A stretch of DNA of 64,000 nucleotides from the human T2T-CHM13v2.0 reference genome, Homo sapiens. This document shows, piece after piece, positions 58,244 through 64,000 of this stretch; position 1 is the stretch's first letter; each line of letters starts with the position of its first letter. Location of the stretch: assembly GCF_009914755.1 (NCBI RefSeq), contig NC_060927.1. One strand, given 5' to 3'. The translations under genes were made by a program, and so were the position numbers. Below the pieces are notes generated by a model. That model made no database searches, was not told the DNA's origin, and was given only the letters and a program-made list of their open reading frames with translations.

Positions 58244-60944
58244 CTTAATCTTATTGTCATTGCGGTCTGGTGGATTTTAGTACTGGTACTGTTTGAGGCT
58301 TTCTCATCCTTCTTTGTGTGATTGTTTCATCAGCGAGTTTTATGCTTTCATGTGTTTTCATGATGGTAGATGTCTCCTTTCACTTCCAGTGTAGGACTCC
58401 TTAAGCAGTTCTTGCAGGGTCAGTCTATTGGTAACAAATTTCCTTAGCATTTTCTTGTCTGGAAGACTATTTCTCCTTCATTTATGAAGGATAATTTTGC
58501 TGGAGATAGTATCCTTGGTTGATAGCTGTTTTCCTTCAGTTCTTTGAATATATCATCCCATTCTCTTCTGGCCTGTAAGATTTCTGCTGAGAAATCTGTG
58601 GTTAGTCTGATGAGGTTTCCTTTATAGGTGACTAGGCACCTTTTTCATGTTGTTTTTAGGACTCACATTTTGTCTTTGACTTTAGGGATTCTGATTATAA
58701 CATACCATAGAGAAGACCTTCTTGCATTGTATCTACCTGGGGATTGTTGAACCTTCTGTATATGAATGTCTAATTCTCTGACCAAATGTAAGTTTTCATC
58801 TATTTCATATTGTCTAATCCTTTAATTTGCTGTTTTCAGGGATACTGATAACTTGTATATTCAGATGCTTTACATTGTCCAACTTGTCATGCAGGCTTTG
58901 CTCATACTTTTTCATCATTTTTTGTCCAGATGGGTTGTTTTCAAAAGACCTGTCTTCAAGTTCTGAGATTCTTTCTTCTACATGGTCTAGCATATTGTTG
59001 AAGCTTTCAAATGTATTTTGCATTTCCTTCAATGAATTCTTCAGTTCTAAAAACTCTGGTTTATTTAACAAAATATTTATCACTTTAGTAAATTTCTCAT
59101 ATCCCCAATTTTTTGTATTTTTTTCAGAATTCTTTTGTATCTCACTAAGCTTATTTAAAAATCAATATTCTGAATTCTTTATTGGGAATTTTAACATTTT
59201 CTTTTTAAGATTTATTGCTGAAGAATTATTGTTTCTTTGAAGGTGTCATATTTCCTTGCTTTTTTCACATTTCCTGTGCTCTTACATTGACATCTGCACA
59301 TCTGGTTTAACAATCACATCTCCTATTTCTGAATTTACTTAGGAAAGGACATTTTTCTGAAGATATATCTGTGATGTTGGTTGGGTAGGGCCCTTTGGCT
59401 TTGATTCTGGGTGCATGCAGTAGTATATTCTCTGCATGGTTTATTTAACTATAAATAGTATTAGTGCTTTCTGTGATTTCCTCAAAGGGTTAGTGTGTGG
59501 CTATTAGTGATGAAGTTGTGCTGAAGCCTGGAAAGCCAGGTGGGCCAGTCTTTGGGTCCCAAGAGTAGCAGTGGTGGTCTGACCATACCTGTCTTTGTGC
59601 CCCAGGGTGGTGTACACTGGCATTTGTGTAGGAAGCTACCAGTGGGATGATTCTTGAGCCTCCAAGTGTCTTGCTCCAGGTGCCTTGCTCATCTGCCCAG
59701 CAGTGGGCCCACTTGGGTCTCTGGGCAGCCTGCATGGTGTGGGTGATAGCAGTAGCAGTGGTGGGACTACCCTCTGGGTCTTGAGTGGTATGGGCTGGTA
59801 TTGACAGTAGCTGTGGTATGGAATCACCCCCAACAACCCTCCCATACACTATTATCAGTCTTTTCTGCTCTCTATGGAAGCAGCAACACAGCACCACACA
59901 GAAGGGGAGAGAAGCCCTGCTTTAGCATGAAGTCTCAGCACAGAGACCATACTGCCAGTTAGGTTGTAGTTGTTACTCACCACCTCAGACAGGTAGCCCT
60001 CCGGCCCACCCACCCTAGCCTTTGTTGGCAGTAGGATCAGGTATGCAGAGGGGGAGGAGGGGTCATATTCTCTATATGAGAGCTTAAGCACAGAGGCTGC
60101 TCTGCCAGTGGCAAAGGATGTCACTCTTCATTTGCAAAGCTGGAGCACCAGAGTTTGTGCTGCTGCTGAGGATGGAGTCATTTCCCACAGCCCCAGACAG
60201 GGAGTTCTTGGGCTCTGGAAAGCAAACACTTTGGTTTTCTTTTTCCCAGGAGATGCCTTTTGGTGCATTGCACTGTCCTTTTCCCACAGTGTAGTACTCC
60301 CTGTGGACTAGAGTACTGGGGACTTTGCAGCACCTTTGGCTCTAGCCAGTGGTATGCTGCTGCAGACCTCCAAGTGGTCACTGGGTAATGTCAGCAAAAG
60401 CTCCTGGGATGGGGAGATACAAGGGCTATTGTTCCGAGAGCAGAATGCTATTCCTGTTGGCTGTGCTCCAAAAGTGTACTCTGCCATACCCGTTTAGGTC
60501 TCATAGGGGAGGGTGAGTAACCCAGAACAAGTTCCTTGTCTGGTTCAATAACCTCATAGGGTTTCCAAATTGCCACCCATCTGGTATCAGGGATTCATGT
60601 GGATAGAGGAGCTCTCCCATGGTTCACATCGCAGCAGTCTATGGTAGAAATATGGACTGCTGAAGCCCTCTCACTTAATCTTTTCTTTCCCCTCAATACC
60701 ACGTTCCTCTAGGCTCCTGGCTGATCTTGGCTGAGCTGGCCACTTGTTTCGTTCTCATCTGTACATCAGGTGTTTCCCACGAGTTTTTTGTTGGACTCTA
60801 GTGTTCTCTCCTAGATGTTCTATTTGAGGTGTGATAGTCTGTAATTTTGGCTCTTCTTTCTGGAGACAGCAGGTGCCTGATGTCTCTAGTCAGCCATCTT
60901 GAACCAGAATCCAGATCTTATTTAAAATTTAAAAGAAAACATCA

Positions 60945-61264
<320 letters not shown>

Positions 61265-61286
61265 TCAGCCCAAGGTTTGGATTTTC

Positions 61287-62147
61287 TGAAAATACAGGAA
61301 TAAACAAGCCAAAATTATTTTCCTATACTCTCACTCAACAATCAACACAGAAGACTTCTGTGACCAAATGTGTGGGGTATTTTTCCCCACACCAAGCAAG
61401 CAACACTTCCACAGATACCACCTGGGTGTTCCCCGATTCAACTCTGACACTCTCCACCTGGAGATAGCATGATATCTCACAGAATGAGGGCTCAATGCCA
61501 TAAGATTGTCCCCCACTTTCAATGCCAATTATAAGCCCCAGGGATTTTTTTACCTGTGCTTCTGACTGACTGGCTGTAAATCAGAGTCCTTACAAAATGC
61601 TATCCTTGGGTTCAGTTTATTTGCTGGAGTAGCTCACAGAATTCAAAGAAACACTTACACTTATCCATTTATTATAAAGGGTATTACAAAAAAACACAAG
61701 TACAGATTTAAAAAATGCATAGGATGAGTTACGGGGGAAACGACACAGAGCTTCCTTCCATGCCTTCCCTAGGTATGCCACCCTCCAGGAACTTCCATGT
61801 ATTTGGCTATCAGAAGCTCACTGAACCCTGTCCTTTTGAAGGATTTATGGAAGCTTCATTACATAGACATGATTGATTAAATCACTGGCTATTGGTGATC
61901 AGCTTAACCTTCAAACTCTCTTCCCTACCTGGAGGTTGGTGGCGGGGTGAGGCTGAAAGTCCCAACTCTCTAATCCTGCCTTGTTGTTTCCAGTGACAAG
62001 CCTCCATCCTGAAGCTATCTAGGGGCTGCCAGCCATCAGTGAACTCATTAACATACAAAATGACACATAACTTTGAATGTTTTAAGGATTTTAGAGTGCT
62101 ATGCCAGGAAACTGGGGAGGAAGACTAAATATATATTTTGCAGTATC
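61287..62147 (-). mobile_element. MER21-family LTR
   Basis: acacagaagacttctgtgaccaaatgtgtgggg...cacctggagatagc...gccaggaaactggggaggaagactaaatatata. Confidence 0.85.
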
Positions 62148-62229
62148 AATGATTAGGAAAAGTATCCTGTTTTAAGGAATTTCCTGATTATTGAATTATT
62201 TCTAACCCTATCCAATACCTATAGTCTTA

Positions 62230-62622
62230 AGTCTTAATCCATTTTCTGTTGCTGTAACTGAATACCTAGGATTGGGTAATTTATAAAGAAAAGAAATTTA
62301 TTTTTTACCATTCTTAAGACTGGGAAGTTCAACATCTAGGGGCTGTATCTGGTGAGAGGCTTATAGCTGGTGAGTACCTGCAGAGTCCTGAGGGAGCACA
62401 GGACATCACATGGTAAGGGGCTCACAAGGATGGCTAAACTGTCTTTTATAACAGACCCACTCTTGCCATCACTAACCCACTCCCTTGATAACCCATTAAG
62501 CCATGAATCGATGAATGAGCCCTCATAACCGAATCACCTCCTAAAGGTCTTTTCAACACTGCTGCATTGGAGATCAACTTTTCAATACATGAACTTTTGG
62601 GGGACACATTCAAGCTATAGCA
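62230..62622 (-). mobile_element. MSTB/MSTC-type MaLR solo LTR
   Basis: gtcttaatccattttctgttgctgtaac...gggtaatttataaagaaaagaaattta...ttttgggggacacattcaagctatagca. Confidence 0.88.
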
Positions 62623-62994
62623 CCCCATGATCTAGTACAGGGTTGAAGGAGAAAAATTCACCCAAAATGTAAATGTAACTGTGACTCATTTTTTGGCAAT
62701 TTTCCAGAGGCATTTGAGTGAAACGTAAGAATAAACCAACATCCATCTTTGTCTTTTCTGTGCTGTGTGCCTATCCCCAATTTCCTAATGAAGTCATAAG
62801 CAGCCTGAGAATTCCAGGCACATTCTTTGATGACGATTATTGTATCTTCCCTTGAGTAAGTCTGCAGACCCAAGAGAATCATTTAGATGAATTTGGCTCA
62901 CGTCTCCCTCTCCTTGCTGTCTCCTCATGCCAAGAACTTGGTCACAAGTGGGCAAAGCATGATACGGGTGACCACAGTGAGATCGCTCACTTAA

Positions 62995-63160
62995 CTGGCA
63001 TTGCTGAGTGGCTTCTCTGTGCCAGGCACTGTGCCAGGGGCTGGAAATACTGAGATAAGTGAAGGCAGATGACAGTGGCCTGCCCCAGCTCATTCACAGC
63101 TTACTAGGGAAGTTATTCAAGTAAACCAGCAATTGAGGGTCACTGTGACCTTTCCACTAT
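62995..63160 (-). mobile_element. L2 3' fragment
   Basis: tgtgccaggcactgtgccaggggctggaaatactgagataag...cctgccccagctcattcacag. Confidence 0.65.
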
Positions 63161-64000
63161 GAACTAAAAACAGGCAAATAAATCAGATCTACATTTGAAG
63201 TTGTTTCAATATCTAAACACAATTTAAAGGTAAAAATTTCAGACTTTGTCAGCACATTTTGCCTATGTTATTGACAGTTCATGTGTTTCTCATAAGAATA
63301 TTTGGCATGACATGTATCTGACAGGTAATCAGAGTTTTTACATTTAAAATGTTTCATGAAGTCACTTGAACATAGTACAGACACAGCCCAAGAAACTAAT
63401 TTCTCATAGATGATCAGCCATAACCTCACGCCACTAAAATGACCAAATTGTGAAACAAGCAGCAGCTACTAATTGACCCAGGAAATTTTCAATGACATTT
63501 GCTAACAGAGCTACTGACTTAATTTGAAATATTACTTTTCTTCTACCAGAGAAAAATAATCAAGGGACGTGAGATGAACAAAACATGCACCTACAGGGCT
63601 GATCCAAAATGACAAGTAGGAAAGCCCAAGCTAGAAGAGTTGAAATTTAGATGAGGCTGAAACCTGTAGTTCATAATCAGAGACAAGATTTAAAAGGGCG
63701 AAGCATTAGAAGGAGGGTGGGCTAGGAAATAATAAATGTAGGGCTTCAGGGAGCATATCTTTTTGACAAGAATGTTAATCATATATGTTACTAATCTGCC
63801 AAATTAAATTTCACAGTGCCACATGCACAGACAGGCATTATAATACTGGCAAAAATGAATTAAAATCCCAGTAATTAATTTATGGGTTTGAACTGGTTTT
63901 GAACTCCTGAGTGAACTCAGTGCTGGGAAATAATTGAGGCTTAGATCGTGGACTTTTAGAATTGGAAAGAAATGTAGAGATCTTCCTGACCAATCCTATC

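Larger units (their letters stand above)
55741..60905 (-). mobile_element. L1MA3/4-like LINE-1 retaining 3' end, EN/ORF1 and 5'UTR but missing most of ORF2; hosts nested elements
   Basis: 3'UTR at 55741-56338; EN region ~57360-57770; ORF1 coiled coil (ORF 58814-59083 ELKNSLKEMQNTFESFNN..EERISELEDRSFE); 5' CAAGATGGCTGAC at ~60901. Confidence 0.8.

Overview
Primate, most likely human, AT-rich non-coding genomic DNA, intergenic or deep intronic. Most of the window is interspersed repeats: a full-length but inactivated L1PA6-like element (27688-33752, -), several 5'-truncated L1PA3-PA8-type copies, large old L1M relics, about ten Alus/Alu monomers, ERVL/MaLR/ERV1 LTRs, hAT/Tigger DNA transposon relics, MIR/L2 and microsatellites. 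I see no recognisable host protein-coding gene, RNA gene, CRISPR array or CpG island. The recognisable ORFs are broken L1 ORF1/ORF2 pieces, their antisense shadows or Alu frames. I find no evidence for a new multi-gene system. The most interesting signals are small insertion and repair scars readable from the sequence: a twin-primed L1 with an unusually large junction gap, two short 3'-transduction tags, a ~44-nt orphan retrocopy inside Tigger1, a non-tandem templated copy of a FLAM tail, a nested fold-back hairpin, a tandem near-palindrome, and a nested L1MA/THE1/MER51 stack cut by one deletion. There is also a candidate + strand non-coding exon downstream of the L1 antisense promoter and a GATA motif cluster. 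Subfamily names come from my recall of consensus diagnostics, not from a RepeatMasker run, and boundaries of old elements are approximate.
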